A stretch of 64,000 nucleotides of DNA from an uncultured Clostridia bacterium (GCA_934162255.1 CAKPIG010000002.1:21938-85937); one strand, 5' to 3'; counted from the stretch's first letter, positions 9,906-21,697 are shown. Notes: generated from the letters alone by a model not told the origin. Translations and numbers: made by a program.

Positions 9906-10538
9906 ATGAAAAAAGCATTAATAGGAAAAAAATTAGGAATGACACAAATATTTGATGAAAATGGTGTAGTTATTCCAGTAACAGTTATAGAAGCTGGACC
10001 ATGTGTAGTAGCTCAAGTAAAAACTATCGAAAATGATGGATATGAAGCTATACAATTAGGATTTGGTGCAGTAAAAGAAAAAAAAGTTAACAAACCTGAA
10101 AAAGGACATTTTGCAAAAGCAAATATAACACCAACAAAACATTTAAGAGAATTCAGACTAGATTCAATTGAAGGAATTAAAGTAGGAGATGAATTAAAGG
10201 CTGATATATTTGGAGAAGGTGAAAAAATAGATGTTCAAGGAACATCAAAAGGAAAAGGATTCCAAGGTGTAATTAAAAGACATGGTCAACACAGAGGACC
10301 AATGGGACATGGATCAATGTATCATAGAAGACCAGGTTCAATGGGACCAACATCAACACCAGGAAGAGTATTCAAAGGTAAAAAATTACCAGGACATATG
10401 GGAAATGTTACAGTTACAATTCAAAACTTAGATGTTGTAAAAGTAGACATGGACAAAAATGTAATATTAGTAAAAGGTAGCGTTCCAGGAGCAAAAGGAA
10501 CAATATTAAAAATAAAATCAGCTGTAAAAGCACAATAA
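9906..10538 (+). CDS. rplC: 50S ribosomal protein L3
   Basis: [14 protein letters not shown]...[10 protein letters not shown] signature and cluster order. Confidence 0.97.
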   Translation: MKKALIGKKLGMTQIFDENGVVIPVTVIEAGPCVVAQVKTIENDGYEAIQLGFGAVKEKKVNKPEKGHFAKANITPTKHLREFRLDSIEGIKVGDELKADIFGEGEKIDVQGTSKGKGFQGVIKRHGQHRGPMGHGSMYHRRPGSMGPTSTPGRVFKGKKLPGHMGNVTVTIQNLDVVKVDMDKNVILVKGSVPGAKGTILKIKSAVKAQ

Positions 10539-10563
10539 TTAAAGAGTAAAGGAGGAAAACGAA

Positions 10564-11187
10564 ATGCCTAAAGTAGATGTATATAACATGCAAGGTAAAA
10601 AAGTTAGTGATGTAGAGCTAAGTGAAGTAGTGTTTGGAATTGAACCAAATGAAGCAATTGTACACAGTGTATTAGTAAACTACTTAGCTAATCAAAGACA
10701 AGGTACACAAAGTACTAAAACAAGAGCTGAAGTTCGTGGTGGTGGAAGAAAACCATGGAGACAAAAAGGAACAGGTAGAGCAAGACAAGGAAGTATACGT
10801 GCACCACAATGGATAAAAGGTGGTATAGCATTAGGACCAAAACCACGTTCATATAAATACAGAGTAAATAAGAAAGAAAAACAATTAGCAATTAGATCAT
10901 TATTAAGTGCAAAAGTATTAGATAATGAATTGACAGTTGTTGATAAATTAGAAGTTAAAGAGCCAAAAACAAAAGTTATGGTAAAAACTTTAACAGATTT
11001 AAAAATAGAAGGAAAAACATTAATAATCTTAGCAAATCAAGATAAAAATGTTTACCTATCTAGTAGAAATATAGAAGGTGTTAAAACAATACCAATGAAC
11101 ATGATAAATGTATTTGATTTATTAAATTGTTCAAAATTAGTATTAACATTAGACACTGTTAAAAAATTAGAGGAGGTGTATGCATAA
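10564..11187 (+). CDS. rplD: 50S ribosomal protein L4
   Basis: RGGGRKPWRQKGTGRARQGS signature and cluster order. Confidence 0.97.
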   Translation: MPKVDVYNMQGKKVSDVELSEVVFGIEPNEAIVHSVLVNYLANQRQGTQSTKTRAEVRGGGRKPWRQKGTGRARQGSIRAPQWIKGGIALGPKPRSYKYRVNKKEKQLAIRSLLSAKVLDNELTVVDKLEVKEPKTKVMVKTLTDLKIEGKTLIILANQDKNVYLSSRNIEGVKTIPMNMINVFDLLNCSKLVLTLDTVKKLEEVYA

Positions 11188-11534
11188 TGTTAGCAGAAGA
11201 AATCATAATAAGACCTGTAATCACAGAAAAAAGCAATGATGAAATGCAAGCTGGAAAATACACTTTCGAAGTTAACAAAAAAGCAACAAAAGTTGAAATT
11301 GCTAAAGCAGTAGAAAAACTTTTTGAAGTAAAAGTATTAAATGTTAACACAATGATTGTTAAAGGAAAAACAAAAAGAGTTAGATATGTAGAAGGAAAAA
11401 CTCCAGATTGGAAAAAAGCTATTGTTACAATAGATACAAACCCATCTGACAAAACATACCTTGGAAAAGGTGGAAAAGCAGTTAAAGTTTCTAAAAAATA
11501 CAAAGATTCAATTGATGAATTTATGGGAGCTTAA
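11187..11534 (+). CDS. rplW: 50S ribosomal protein L23
   Basis: IIRPVITEKS...YTFEV signature. ATG overlaps the rplD stop (TAATG). Confidence 0.95.
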   Translation: MLAEEIIIRPVITEKSNDEMQAGKYTFEVNKKATKVEIAKAVEKLFEVKVLNVNTMIVKGKTKRVRYVEGKTPDWKKAIVTIDTNPSDKTYLGKGGKAVKVSKKYKDSIDEFMGA

Positions 11535-11591
11535 TGCTGAAAAAATATCGAGAAATAACTCGGAAAATAAATATAAAGGAGAGAATTAAAA

Positions 11592-12419
11592 ATGGGAATG
11601 AAACGTTTTAAAGCATATACACCATCAAGAAGAAATATGACTGTTTCTGATTATGCAGAAATAACAAAAAAGACTCCTGAAAAATCTTTATTAGAAAAGA
11701 AAAAGAAAAATGCAGGAAGAAACTCATATGGTAGAATAACAGTTAGACATCAAGGTGGAGGAAACAGACAAAAATATAGAAAAATTGACTTCAAACGTCT
11801 AAAAGACGATATGGAAGCAACAGTTATTGGAATCGAATATGATCCAAACAGAAGTGCAAATATAGCACTAATAAAATATGAAGATGGAACATTAAGTTAC
11901 ATCATAGCACCACAAGGATTAACAGATGGGGATAAAGTTGTATCAGGAGATAAAGTTGATATAAAACCAGGAAACTGTTTACCAATATCAAATATACCAG
12001 TTGGTACATTAATCCATAATATAGAATTAAATCCAGGTCAAGGAGCAAAATTAGTAAGAGTTGCTGGTCAAAGTGCTCAATTAATGGCTAAAGAAGGAAA
12101 ATATGCACATGTAAGATTACCTTCAGGAGAAATGAGATTAATATTAGCTAGATGTAGAGCTACAATAGGTGTTGTTGGAAATGCAGACCACGAAAATGTT
12201 AAATTAGGTAAAGCAGGAAAAACAAGACACTTAGGTATCAGACCAACAGTTAGAGGTTCTGTAATGAACCCAGTAGATCACCCACATGGTGGTGGTGAAG
12301 GTAGAGCTCCAATAGGACACGCAGGACCAATGACTCCTTGGGGTAAACCAGCATTAGGATACAAGACAAGAAATAAAAAGAATAAAACAAACAAATTTAT
12401 AGTAAAGAGAAGAAAATAG
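11592..12419 (+). CDS. rplB: 50S ribosomal protein L2
   Basis: [12 protein letters not shown] and [13 protein letters not shown] signatures. Confidence 0.97.
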   Translation: MGMKRFKAYTPSRRNMTVSDYAEITKKTPEKSLLEKKKKNAGRNSYGRITVRHQGGGNRQKYRKIDFKRLKDDMEATVIGIEYDPNRSANIALIKYEDGTLSYIIAPQGLTDGDKVVSGDKVDIKPGNCLPISNIPVGTLIHNIELNPGQGAKLVRVAGQSAQLMAKEGKYAHVRLPSGEMRLILARCRATIGVVGNADHENVKLGKAGKTRHLGIRPTVRGSVMNPVDHPHGGGEGRAPIGHAGPMTPWGKPALGYKTRNKKNKTNKFIVKRRK

Positions 12420-12436
12420 GATAGGAGGAAAATCAG

Positions 12437-12712
12437 ATGTCAAGATCAAGTAAGAAAAAACCTTTCATAGCACCAGAACTATTAAAAAGAGTGGAAGCTA
12501 TGAATGAAAGTGGAAATAAAGAAGTAATTAAGACATGGTCAAGAGCTTCAACAATATATCCACAAATGATTGGACACACAATCGCTGTTCATGACGGTAG
12601 AAAACATGTACCAGTTTATATAACAGAAGAAATGATAGGTCATAAATTAGGTGAATTTGCTCCTACAAGAACATTTAAAGGTCATGCAGGAGAGAAAACA
12701 ACTAAAAAATAG
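12437..12712 (+). CDS. rpsS: 30S ribosomal protein S19
   Basis: [10 protein letters not shown]...[27 protein letters not shown] signature. Confidence 0.97.
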   Translation: MSRSSKKKPFIAPELLKRVEAMNESGNKEVIKTWSRASTIYPQMIGHTIAVHDGRKHVPVYITEEMIGHKLGEFAPTRTFKGHAGEKTTKK

Positions 12713-12744
12713 AGTATGTATTATAGATTAAGGAGGGAATTATC

Positions 12745-13098
12745 GTGGAAGAAACAGCAATAATGGAAGCTAAAGCAACATTAAGATATTCAAGAATTTC
12801 TGCTAGAAAAGTAAAAATCGTTGCAGATTTAATAAGAGGAAAAAATGTTGATGAAGCATTAGCAATAGTAAAATTCACACCAAAAGCATCTTCAGATATA
12901 ATTGAAAAACTATTAAAATCAGCAATCGCAAATGCTGAAAATAACCATGGAATGAAACATGAAAATTTATATGTTGCTGAAATATATGCAAATCAAGGTC
13001 CAACACTAAAAAGAATAAGACCTGCAGCAAAAGGTTCAGCAGTTAGAATTAGAAAAAGAACAAGTCATATAACAATAGTATTAAGAGAGCAAGTGTAA
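12745..13098 (+). CDS. rplV: 50S ribosomal protein L22
   Basis: [17 protein letters not shown] signature. GTG at 12745 sits 7 nt after AAGGAGGG; the ATG at 12763 is an alternative start. Confidence 0.93.
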   Translation: MEETAIMEAKATLRYSRISARKVKIVADLIRGKNVDEALAIVKFTPKASSDIIEKLLKSAIANAENNHGMKHENLYVAEIYANQGPTLKRIRPAAKGSAVRIRKRTSHITIVLREQV

Positions 13099-13118
13099 GG
13101 AAAGGAGGACATTAAAAA

Positions 13119-13775
13119 ATGGGACAAAAAGTACATCCAACAGGATTAAGAGTTGGAATAATAAAAGATTGGACAGCTAAATGGTATGCAGATTCTAAAG
13201 ATTTTGCTGATTATTTAGTAGAAGATCAAAAAATACGTAAATTTTTAAAGAAAAAATTATATACAGCTGGAATTTCAAAAATTGAAATAGAAAGAACAGC
13301 AAAATTTGTTAAAATTAACGTTTATGCAGCAAAACCAGGAATTATAATCGGAAAAGGTGGAGCTGGAGCTGAAAGCTTAAAAGCTGAAGTAACAAAATTA
13401 ATAGGAAAAGAAGTTAACATCAATATTGTTGAGGTTAAAGCAATTGCAACAGATGCACAATTAGTTGCAGAAAACATTGCAGGACAACTAGAAAGAAGAA
13501 TCTCTTTCAGAAAAGCAATGAAACAATGTATGCAAAAAGCTATGAAATCAGGTGCTTTAGGAATTAAAACTGCAGTATCTGGAAGACTAGGTGGAGCAGA
13601 CATGGCTAGAACAGAATTTTATAAAGAGGGAACAATTCCTCTACAAACATTAAGAGCTGATATAGACTATGGATTTGCAGAAGCAGATACAACATATGGT
13701 AAAATCGGTGTAAAAGTTTGGATTTATAAAGGGGAAGTTCTTCCAACTAAAAAAGTGGAAGGAGGAGACAAATAA
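13119..13775 (+). CDS. rpsC: 30S ribosomal protein S3
   Basis: [14 protein letters not shown] and KH-domain signature. Confidence 0.97.
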   Translation: MGQKVHPTGLRVGIIKDWTAKWYADSKDFADYLVEDQKIRKFLKKKLYTAGISKIEIERTAKFVKINVYAAKPGIIIGKGGAGAESLKAEVTKLIGKEVNINIVEVKAIATDAQLVAENIAGQLERRISFRKAMKQCMQKAMKSGALGIKTAVSGRLGGADMARTEFYKEGTIPLQTLRADIDYGFAEADTTYGKIGVKVWIYKGEVLPTKKVEGGDK

Positions 13776-14221
13776 TGCCATTAATGCCTAAAAAAACAAA
13801 ATATAGAAAAATGCAAAAAGGTAGAAATAGAGGAAAAGCAACAAGAGGAAACAAAGTTACAAATGGAGAATATGGAATACAAGCACTTGAAGCTGGATTA
13901 ATAAAAGGTAATCAAATAGAAGCAGCTCGTATTGCAATGACTCGTTATACAAAAAGAGGTGGAAAGGTTTGGATTAAAATATTTCCAGACAAACCAATAA
14001 CACAAAAACCAGCCGGTACTCGTGGTGGTAAAGGTAAAGGTAATGTTGAATATTGGGTAGCTGCTGTAAAACCAGGTAGAGTTATGTTTGAAATAGCTGG
14101 TGTACCAGAAGAAACAGCTAGAGAAGCCTTGAGATTAGCTATGAATAAATTACCAATCAAATGTAAATTCGTAGCAAAAGAAACTGAAAGCAAGGTAGGT
14201 GATTGTGATGAAGATAAATAA
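13775..14221 (+). CDS. rplP: 50S ribosomal protein L16
   Basis: [14 protein letters not shown]...RMGKGKG-like signature. Start overlaps the rpsC stop. Confidence 0.96.
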   Translation: MPLMPKKTKYRKMQKGRNRGKATRGNKVTNGEYGIQALEAGLIKGNQIEAARIAMTRYTKRGGKVWIKIFPDKPITQKPAGTRGGKGKGNVEYWVAAVKPGRVMFEIAGVPEETAREALRLAMNKLPIKCKFVAKETESKVGDCDEDK

Positions 14222-14411
14222 GATAAGAGAAATGTCTTCACCAGAATTAGAAAAAGAACTAGGTGAACTAAAAACAGAATTATTCAAATTGAAATTTAGT
14301 TTAGCTACAAATGGATTAGACAATCCTATGAAAATAAAAGAAGTTAAAAAAGATATAGCTAAAATAAACACAGTATTAACTGAAAGAAAAATAGCAGAAG
14401 CTAAGGCATAA
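14208..14411 (+). CDS. rpmC: 50S ribosomal protein L29
   Basis: [29 protein letters not shown] signature. ATG 14208 is preferred over track start 14199 (GGTAGGTG RBS just upstream). Confidence 0.93.
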   Translation: MKINKIREMSSPELEKELGELKTELFKLKFSLATNGLDNPMKIKEVKKDIAKINTVLTERKIAEAKA

Positions 14412-14438
14412 ATTAGTTAAAAAAGGAGGATTAGACTC

Positions 14439-14699
14439 ATGGAAGAAAGAAATCTTCGTAAAGTTTTAGTTGGAACAGTTACATCTGACAAAATGGATAA
14501 AACAGTAGTTGTTTCAGTTAAAACAAGTGTAAGCCATAAAACATATGGAAAAACAGTAAAAAGAACATATAAATTAAAAGCTCATGATGAAGAAAATAAC
14601 TGTCAAATAGGAGATAAAGTAAAAGTAATGGAAACAAGACCACTTTCTAAAGATAAAAGATGGAGAGTAGTTGAGATTCTTGAAAAAGGAGGAAAATAA
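14439..14699 (+). CDS. rpsQ: 30S ribosomal protein S17
   Basis: [14 protein letters not shown]...[13 protein letters not shown] signature. Confidence 0.96.
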   Translation: MEERNLRKVLVGTVTSDKMDKTVVVSVKTSVSHKTYGKTVKRTYKLKAHDEENNCQIGDKVKVMETRPLSKDKRWRVVEILEKGGK

Positions 14700-14702
14700 A
14701 TC

Positions 14703-15071
14703 ATGATACAACAACAAACAATATTAAAAGTTGCTGACAATACTGGAGCAAAAGAAATCATGTGTATCAGATGTTTAGGTGGATCATTCATGAAAACAGC
14801 TAACATCGGTGATGTTATAGTTGCCTCTGTAAAAACAGCAACACCAGGTGGAGTTGTTAAAAAAGGTGATGTAGTAAAAGCTGTAATAGTAAGAAGCAAA
14901 AAAGGTTTAAGAAGACCAGATGGTTCTTATGTGAAATTTGATGAAAACGCAGCAGTTATCATAAAAGATGATAAAACACCAAAAGGAACACGTATATTTG
15001 GACCAGTTGCAAGAGAATTAAGAGAAAAAGATTATATGAAAATATTATCATTAGCACCAGAGGTTCTATAA
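14703..15071 (+). CDS. rplN: 50S ribosomal protein L14
   Basis: [18 protein letters not shown] signature. Confidence 0.97.
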   Translation: MIQQQTILKVADNTGAKEIMCIRCLGGSFMKTANIGDVIVASVKTATPGGVVKKGDVVKAVIVRSKKGLRRPDGSYVKFDENAAVIIKDDKTPKGTRIFGPVARELREKDYMKILSLAPEVL

Positions 15072-15097
15072 AAATGTAAAGAAGGAGGTTAAACTCA

Positions 15098-15406
15098 ATG
15101 AAAGTAAAAAAAGGCGATACAGTTCAAGTTTTAACTGGAAATGATAAAGGTAAAACTGGAGAAGTATTAGAAGTTATACCAAAAGATTCAAAAGTAGTTG
15201 TAAAAGGTATAAATGTAAGAAAAAAACACATTAAACCTAGAAAACAAGGTGAAGAGGGAGGAATAATCCCAGTTGAATGTGCAATAAACAGCTCAAAAGT
15301 AAATGTAGTATGCCCAAAATGTGGAAAAACTACAAAAATTGGATATAAAATTGAAAATGATAAAAAAGTTCGTATTTGTAAAAAATGTGGAGCTATAATC
15401 AAATAA
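15098..15406 (+). CDS. rplX: 50S ribosomal protein L24 (with CxxC...CxxC zinc ribbon tail)
   Basis: [25 protein letters not shown] motif. C-terminal CPKCGK...CKKCG. Confidence 0.95.
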   Translation: MKVKKGDTVQVLTGNDKGKTGEVLEVIPKDSKVVVKGINVRKKHIKPRKQGEEGGIIPVECAINSSKVNVVCPKCGKTTKIGYKIENDKKVRICKKCGAIIK

Positions 15407-15426
15407 TGAAAGGAGGAATAATAAAG

Positions 15427-15966
15427 ATGGAAAAACTAAGAGAACAATATGAAAAAGAAGTAATTCCAGCATTAATGAAAAAATTCCAATATAAATCAGT
15501 TATGCAAGTTCCAAAACTTGATAAAATAGTTATAAATATCGGATTAGGAGATATAAAAGACAATCCAAAATCATTAGAAAATGCAGTAAATGATTTAAGC
15601 ATTATCACAGGTCAAAAACCAATGATTACAAAAGCAAAAAAATCAATAGCAGCATTTAAACTAAGAGAAGGTTCAAATGTAGGATGCAAAGTTACATTAA
15701 GAGCAGATAAAATGTATGATTTCGCATACAAATTATTTAATGTAGCACTTCCAAGAGTAAGAGACTTTAGAGGAGTTTCTGCAAACTCATTTGATGGAAG
15801 AGGAAATTATTCAATGGGAATTAAAGAACAATTAATATTCCCAGAAATCGAATATGATAAAGTAGATAAATTAAGAGGTATGGATATCATATTTGTAACA
15901 ACTGCTGAAACAGACGAAGAGGCTAAAGAATTATTAACATTATTAGGAATGCCTTTTAAAGCATAA
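15427..15966 (+). CDS. rplE: 50S ribosomal protein L5
   Basis: [12 protein letters not shown]... start 8 nt after AAGGAGG. The track start 15385 would add a 14-aa extension overlapping rplX. Confidence 0.95.
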   Translation: MEKLREQYEKEVIPALMKKFQYKSVMQVPKLDKIVINIGLGDIKDNPKSLENAVNDLSIITGQKPMITKAKKSIAAFKLREGSNVGCKVTLRADKMYDFAYKLFNVALPRVRDFRGVSANSFDGRGNYSMGIKEQLIFPEIEYDKVDKLRGMDIIFVTTAETDEEAKELLTLLGMPFKA

Positions 15967-15985
15967 TTAAGGAGGAGAAAAAATA

Positions 15986-16171
15986 ATGGCTAAAAAAGCA
16001 ATGAAAATAAAACAAGCTAGACCACAAAAATACAAAACAAGAGAATATAATAGATGTAAAATTTGTGGAAGACCACACAGCTTTATTAGAAAATATGGAA
16101 TTTGCCGTGTATGTTTCAGAGAATTAGCACACAAAGGTGAAATTCCAGGTGTTAAAAAAGCAAGTTGGTAA
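15986..16171 (+). CDS. rpsN: 30S ribosomal protein S14 type Z (zinc form)
   Basis: 61 aa with CKICGRP...CRVCFR zinc motif. Confidence 0.96.
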   Translation: MAKKAMKIKQARPQKYKTREYNRCKICGRPHSFIRKYGICRVCFRELAHKGEIPGVKKASW

Positions 16172-16212
16172 AAGCTAAAAAAGATAAAATAAGTGAAAAG
16201 GAGGAGTATAAA

Positions 16213-16611
16213 GTGAATACTACAGATCCAATAGCAGATATGTTAACAAGAATAAGAAATGCTAACAGTGCTAAACATAAAACAGTTGATGTACCAGCTT
16301 CTAAAATGAAAACAGCAATAGCTGAGATTTTATTTAAAGAAGGATATATAAAATCATTTGAATTAATAAACAATGAAAATCAAGGTATCATCAGAATAAC
16401 ATTAAAATATGATGAAAAAGGAACAAGAGTAATCGATGGAATAAAAAGAATCAGTAAACCAGGATTAAGAGTATATGCAGGTAAAGAAGAATTACCAAAA
16501 GTACTTAATGGTTTAGGAATAGCTATAATTTCTACATCACAAGGATTAAAAACAGATAAAGAAGCTAGAGAAGCAGGTGTAGGTGGAGAAGTATTAGCAT
16601 ATATATGGTAA
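16213..16611 (+). CDS. rpsH: 30S ribosomal protein S8
   Basis: GTG start after AAGGAGG gives (M)[16 protein letters not shown], the canonical S8 N-terminus. The track start 16165 overlaps rpsN. Confidence 0.94.
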   Translation: MNTTDPIADMLTRIRNANSAKHKTVDVPASKMKTAIAEILFKEGYIKSFELINNENQGIIRITLKYDEKGTRVIDGIKRISKPGLRVYAGKEELPKVLNGLGIAIISTSQGLKTDKEAREAGVGGEVLAYIW

Positions 16612-16703
16612 TCATCATATAAAAGGGAAAAATTAACCTAAATGTGAAAACATTTATTGTAAATAAAACGTTAGGCGAACGCCCTAAAAAAGGAGGAAGA
16701 AAT

Positions 16704-17240
16704 ATGTCAAGAATAGGAAATAAACCTATTACAGTACCTGATGGAGTTGAAGTTAAAATAGATGGACAAAAAATAACTGTAAAAGGACCAAAAGGTACAT
16801 TAGAAAGAGAAATACATAAAAATATTTCTGTATCAATGGAAAACAATGTAATAACAGTAACAAGACCAAATGACTTAGCATTAAATAGAAGTCTACATGG
16901 TTTAACAAGAACATTAATAAACAACATGATAACAGGTGTTGAAAAAGAATATACAAGAGAATTACAAATAAATGGAGTTGGTTATAGAGTTCAAAAACAA
17001 GGAAATAACTTAAATCTAGTATTAGGATATTCTCATCCAGTTATATTTGAAGCACCAGAAGGAATCACATTTGATGTTCCAAACCAAAATACGATTATAG
17101 TAAGAGGAATTGATAAAGAATTAGTTGGTCAAACAGCAGCTAATATAAGAACAAAAAGACCACCTGAAGTTTATAGAGGTAAAGGTATTAAATATGCTGA
17201 AGAAGTTATTAGACGTAAGGAAGGTAAAACAGGTAAATAA
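16704..17240 (+). CDS. rplF: 50S ribosomal protein L6
   Basis: ATG after AAGGAGG gives MSRIGNKPI, the canonical L6 N-terminus. Confidence 0.95.
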   Translation: MSRIGNKPITVPDGVEVKIDGQKITVKGPKGTLEREIHKNISVSMENNVITVTRPNDLALNRSLHGLTRTLINNMITGVEKEYTRELQINGVGYRVQKQGNNLNLVLGYSHPVIFEAPEGITFDVPNQNTIIVRGIDKELVGQTAANIRTKRPPEVYRGKGIKYAEEVIRRKEGKTGK

Positions 17241-17266
17241 AATCCAATAGAAAGGAGTAAAAAATA

Positions 17267-17626
17267 ATGGTTAAGAAAACAGATAGAAAACTAGAAAGAA
17301 CAAGAAGACATGTTAGAGTTAGAACTAAAGTATCTGGAACAGCTGAAAGACCAAGACTATGTATATATAGAAGTAATTCAAATATATATGCTCAAATAAT
17401 TGATGATGTTGCAGGAAATACATTAGTTTCAGCTTCAACATTAGATAAAGAAGTAAAAACAAAAAAATCTAACATAGAAGCAGCTAAAGAAGTTGGTACT
17501 TTAATTGCCAAAAGAGCTAAAGACAAAAAAATTACATCAGTAGTATATGACCGTGGTGGATATATTTATCATGGTATTGTCAAAGAATTAGCAGAAGCTG
17601 CTAGAGAAGGAGGGCTAGAATTCTAA
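17267..17626 (+). CDS. rplR: 50S ribosomal protein L18
   Basis: [25 protein letters not shown] signature. Confidence 0.96.
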   Translation: MVKKTDRKLERTRRHVRVRTKVSGTAERPRLCIYRSNSNIYAQIIDDVAGNTLVSASTLDKEVKTKKSNIEAAKEVGTLIAKRAKDKKITSVVYDRGGYIYHGIVKELAEAAREGGLEF

Positions 17627-18117
17627 TGGAAGAAAATAAAACCCCAGAATTAAAAGAAAAAGTAGTAGCAATCAATAGAGTAGCAAAAGTAGTTAAAGGT
17701 GGTAGAACATTTAGATTCAGTGCTGTTGTTATCGTTGGAGACGGTGCAGGACATGTAGGAATCGGAAATGGAAAAGCTGCTGAAGTACCAGATGCTATCA
17801 GAAAAGCTATACAAGAAGCTAAAAAGAATTTAGTAGAAGTTCCAATTGTAGGAACAACAGTTCCTCACGAATTTGTAGGAGAATTTGGTAGTGCAAGAGT
17901 AATGCTAAAACCAGCTGCTGTTGGTACAGGACTTATTGCTGGAGGTAGCGTAAGACCAGTTCTAGAATTAGCTGGATATAAAGATATTCGTACAAAAGTT
18001 ATAGGAACAAACAATCCAAGAAACGTTGTTTATGCAACAATTGAAGGATTAAAAAATATGCAAACAATAGAGCAAGTTGCTAAAAAAAGAGGAAAAAAAG
18101 TAGAAGACATATTATAA
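17626..18117 (+). CDS. rpsE: 30S ribosomal protein S5
   Basis: [18 protein letters not shown]...[10 protein letters not shown] signature. Confidence 0.96.
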   Translation: MEENKTPELKEKVVAINRVAKVVKGGRTFRFSAVVIVGDGAGHVGIGNGKAAEVPDAIRKAIQEAKKNLVEVPIVGTTVPHEFVGEFGSARVMLKPAAVGTGLIAGGSVRPVLELAGYKDIRTKVIGTNNPRNVVYATIEGLKNMQTIEQVAKKRGKKVEDIL

Positions 18118-18181
18118 TACCAATTCAGTGAGAAGTAATTCTCGAAAAGAATGGACTCAAATTAAGGGAGGTGCAAAGAAA

Positions 18182-18616
18182 ATGAAATTAGGAGAACTAA
18201 AACCAGCTGTTGATAAAAAAGATAGAAAAAGAGTAGGTCGTGGAATAGGTTCAGGAACAGGAAAAACATCAGGAAAAGGACATAAAGGACAAAAAGCTAG
18301 ATCTGGTGGAGGAGTAAGAAGAGGATTCGAAGGTGGTCAAACACCATTATATAGAAGACTACCAAAAAGAGGATTCACAAATATCCATGCCAAAAACTAT
18401 ACAGAAGTAACATTAACAATGTTAAATAAATCAAAAGCAACAGATGTAACAGCAGAAAGCTTAGTAGAAGAAGGAATAATTGGAAAAATCAATGATGGAA
18501 TTGTAGTTTTAGCAACAGGAACATTAGACAAAAAATTAAATGTTAAAGCTAAGAGATTCACAGCAACTGCTAAGGAAAAAATAGAAGCCCTAGGCGGAAA
18601 GGCAGAGGTGATTTAG
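18182..18616 (+). CDS. rplO: 50S ribosomal protein L15
   Basis: MKLGELKPA...[24 protein letters not shown] signature. ATG 18182 follows GGGAGGTG. Confidence 0.95.
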   Translation: MKLGELKPAVDKKDRKRVGRGIGSGTGKTSGKGHKGQKARSGGGVRRGFEGGQTPLYRRLPKRGFTNIHAKNYTEVTLTMLNKSKATDVTAESLVEEGIIGKINDGIVVLATGTLDKKLNVKAKRFTATAKEKIEALGGKAEVI

Positions 18617-19936
18617 TTGTTTAAAACGATCAAAAACGCTTTAAAAACACCGGATGTAAGAAAAAGACTTTTATATACACTAGTACTAATAGTAATATTT
18701 AGATTAGGATGCTATATTACAGTACCAGGTGTAAACACAATTGTATTAAATGAAGCAATGTCTTCTAATAATGGAATTGCAGGATTTATAGACATAATAT
18801 CTGGAGGAGCATTTTCTAGATTCTCTATATTTGCAATGTCTATAAGTCCATACATTACAGCTTCAATTGTTGTTCAATTACTATCTATGATAATACCTTC
18901 ATTAGAGAGAATGGCTAAAGAAGGTGGAGAAGAAGGTAGAAAAGTGATGAATAGATTGACTAAGATAATAACATTAGTATTGGCAACAGTAGAAGCTATA
19001 GGAATCTATTTATCATATAGAACATCAGGAGCATTCATAAATCCAGGATGGTTAACAGGATGCCTAATAGTAGCATCACTAATAGCAGGAACATCTTTAC
19101 TAATGTGGTTAGGAGAACAAATTACAAGTAAAGGAATAGGAAATGGTATATCAATAATAATATTTGTAGGAATAATATCAAAATTACCATCATCAATAAC
19201 AACATTATGGAATTTAATATTTACTAGTACAGGATTTAGCACAGTTGGACTAATAACAGCTATAGGAATAATAATAGGAGCAATATTATTAGTAGCAGGA
19301 GTTGTATTTGTACAACAAGCTGAAAGAAGAGTACCAGTACAATACTCAAAGAAAGTTGTTGGAAGAAAAATGGTAGGAGCACAAAGTACTCACTTACCAC
19401 TTAAACTTGCAATGTCAGGAGTAATACCTGTAATATTTGCATCATCATTTATGACATTTCCAGCAATGATAATATCAATGTTTGTAAAAGATGTTGCAAA
19501 CTTAGGTGGATTCTGGGGAGTAATATATAAATTCTCACTAGCAACTTCATCTTCAAGTGTAGGTATTGGATATACAATAACAAATGCAATTGCTTACCTA
19601 CTATTAATATTAGGATTTACATTTTTCTATACTTTTGCAACATTCAATCCAGCAGAAGTATCAAACAATATAAAGAAAAATGGTGGATTTATACCTGGAA
19701 TAAGAGCAGGAAAGCCAACAACAGATTACTTAACATCTATAATAACAAAGTTGACAGTATTTGGAGGATTATTCTTATCTGTTATAGCAATATTGCCAAT
19801 GTTATTAAGATTTACAAGTTTAAATGTTTCTTTTGGAGGGACATCAATATTAATCGTTGTAGGTGTTGCACTAGAAACAGTACAACAATTAGAATCTCAA
19901 TTAGTAATGAGACACTATAAAGGATTCTTAGAATAA
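18617..19936 (+). CDS. secY: preprotein translocase subunit SecY
   Basis: 439 aa, 10 TM helices, TTG start abutting the rplO stop. Conserved SISPYITASIVVQLL and GGTSILIVVGVALET segments. Confidence 0.96.
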   Translation: MFKTIKNALKTPDVRKRLLYTLVLIVIFRLGCYITVPGVNTIVLNEAMSSNNGIAGFIDIISGGAFSRFSIFAMSISPYITASIVVQLLSMIIPSLERMAKEGGEEGRKVMNRLTKIITLVLATVEAIGIYLSYRTSGAFINPGWLTGCLIVASLIAGTSLLMWLGEQITSKGIGNGISIIIFVGIISKLPSSITTLWNLIFTSTGFSTVGLITAIGIIIGAILLVAGVVFVQQAERRVPVQYSKKVVGRKMVGAQSTHLPLKLAMSGVIPVIFASSFMTFPAMIISMFVKDVANLGGFWGVIYKFSLATSSSSVGIGYTITNAIAYLLLILGFTFFYTFATFNPAEVSNNIKKNGGFIPGIRAGKPTTDYLTSIITKLTVFGGLFLSVIAILPMLLRFTSLNVSFGGTSILIVVGVALETVQQLESQLVMRHYKGFLE

Positions 19937-19948
19937 AATAGAAATAGA

Positions 19949-19981
19949 GAACTAAACAGAGAGTTAGTTCTTTATTTTTTT
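19949..19981 (+). terminator. rho-independent terminator after secY
   Basis: Stem GAACTAA/TTAGTTC (8-nt loop) followed by TTTATTTTTTT. Confidence 0.65.
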
Positions 19982-20012
19982 GAAAAAAGAACCGTAAAAG
20001 CAGTATAAAACA

Positions 20013-20041
20013 TTGACAAATAAGGAAAAATAGGCTAAAAT
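20013..20041 (+). promoter_or_regulatory. sigma-A type promoter for adk-map
   Basis: TTGACA (20013..20018), 17-nt spacer, TAAAAT (20036..20041). Confidence 0.6.
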
Positions 20042-20116
20042 ATACTTGCAAATAGTATGCCTCTAATAAGGAATATTAGGGGCATAAAATTTTCATGTAG
20101 AAAGGAAGAAAAAAAT

Positions 20117-20782
20117 ATGAAAATTATTATGTTAGGAGCACCTGGTACAGGTAAAGGAACAATAGCGGGAATGCTATCAGAAAAATTAGGAATACCTCAA
20201 GTTTCAACAGGAGATATATTTAGAAAAAATATAAAAGAAGGAACAGAACTAGGTAAACTAGCAGAAAGTTATATAGAAAAAGGACAATTAGTACCTGATG
20301 ATGTAACTATAAAAATTATAGAAGATAGATTAAATGATCCAGATACAGAAAAAGGAATAATATTAGACGGATTCCCAAGAACTGTATATCAAGCAGAGAA
20401 ACTTAAAGAAATATTAGCAGAAAAGGGAGAAAAAATTGATATTACAATTAATTTAATAACACCAAAAGAAGAAATAATAGAAAGAATAGTAAATAGAAGA
20501 GTATGCTCAAACCAAGAATGTAAAGCTGTATATAATGTGGTTCTACATCCACCTAAAGTTGAAGGAATTTGTGACAAATGCGGACATGAGCTAGTAACAA
20601 GAAAAGATGATAATTTAGAAACAGTAGAAAGCAGATTAGAACAATATTTTACACAAACAAGTCCACTTGTAGAATACTATGAAAAAGAAGGAATTTTATA
20701 TTCAGCAGAAGTAAGTAAGACGATAAATAAAATGGGAGAAGATGTTGCTAAAGATATAATAGAGCATATAGAGAAAATGTAA
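20117..20782 (+). CDS. adk: adenylate kinase (zinc-lid type)
   Basis: MKIIMLGAPGTGKGT P-loop at ATG 20117. Lid CSNQEC...CDKCG. Confidence 0.95.
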   Translation: MKIIMLGAPGTGKGTIAGMLSEKLGIPQVSTGDIFRKNIKEGTELGKLAESYIEKGQLVPDDVTIKIIEDRLNDPDTEKGIILDGFPRTVYQAEKLKEILAEKGEKIDITINLITPKEEIIERIVNRRVCSNQECKAVYNVVLHPPKVEGICDKCGHELVTRKDDNLETVESRLEQYFTQTSPLVEYYEKEGILYSAEVSKTINKMGEDVAKDIIEHIEKM

Positions 20783-20825
20783 AAACATTGTACCATAAAA
20801 GAGAATGAAAGGAAGTCAAGTTAAG

Positions 20826-21596
20826 ATGGTAACAATAAAATCAAAAAAAGAAATAGAATTGATGAAAGAAGCTTGCAGAGTAACAGCATTAACTCATAAA
20901 GCAATAGAAGAAGCAATAAAACCAGGAATGACAACAGCAGATTTAGATAGAATTGCAGAACAAGCCATGATAAAAAATGGAGCAATTTCAGCAGAAAAAG
21001 GTTATGACCCAAGAATAAAAGGGGTTCCACCATATCCTGCAGCAACATGTATTTCAATAAATGATGAAGTAATACATGGAGTTCCATCAAAAAATAGAGT
21101 AATTAAAGACGGAGATATAGTAAGTGTAGATTTAGTAGCGTTAAAAAATGGATATAATGGAGATGCTGCAAGAACCTATATGGTAGGAAATGTTCCTAAA
21201 AATGCTAAGAGATTAGTAGAAGTAACAAAACAAGCATTTTTTGAAGGAATAAAATATGCAAAAAAAGGAAATAGAATAGGAGATATTTCACATGCAATTG
21301 GTGAATATGTAAAATCTCAAGGATATTCTGTAGTAAGAGAATTTCAAGGGCATGGAATTGGAAAAGAAATGCATGAAGATCCAGGAATTCCAAACTATGG
21401 TAAAGCAGGTAGAGGAATACGACTAGAACCAGGAATGACATTAGCAATAGAACCTATGGTAATAGAAGGAAAACCAAATATATTAGAATTAGAAGATGGA
21501 TGGACAATAATAACAGAAGATGGTAGTTTAGCAGCACATTATGAAAATACAATTTTAATTACAGAAAATGAGCCAGAAGTATTGACATTACTATAA
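20826..21596 (+). CDS. map: type I methionine aminopeptidase
   Basis: MVTIKSKKEIELMKEA N-terminus. Metal ligands in VDLVALKNGYNGDAARTY, HGIG and LAIEPM. The track start 20805 adds 7 aa. Confidence 0.93.
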   Translation: MVTIKSKKEIELMKEACRVTALTHKAIEEAIKPGMTTADLDRIAEQAMIKNGAISAEKGYDPRIKGVPPYPAATCISINDEVIHGVPSKNRVIKDGDIVSVDLVALKNGYNGDAARTYMVGNVPKNAKRLVEVTKQAFFEGIKYAKKGNRIGDISHAIGEYVKSQGYSVVREFQGHGIGKEMHEDPGIPNYGKAGRGIRLEPGMTLAIEPMVIEGKPNILELEDGWTIITEDGSLAAHYENTILITENEPEVLTLL

Positions 21597-21697
21597 AATT
21601 AGTATATAATGTATGAGTTAAAACTATAATTTTATAAATTGTAGAAAATTTTAGAAAAAACTAAAATATAAGCTCTTTAAGAAGGAGGTAAAAAAAC

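Noticed and set aside
16165-16212. N-terminal extensions implied by the track starts of rpsH (16165), rplF (16644), rplO (18128), rplE (15385), adk (20057), rpsM (22253), mraZ (53197) and the HD-GYP gene (56307).
   Set aside because: In each case a canonical protein N-terminus begins at an internal ATG, GTG or TTG placed 5-10 nt after a strong GGAGG-type RBS. The extension overlaps the upstream gene or regulatory DNA.
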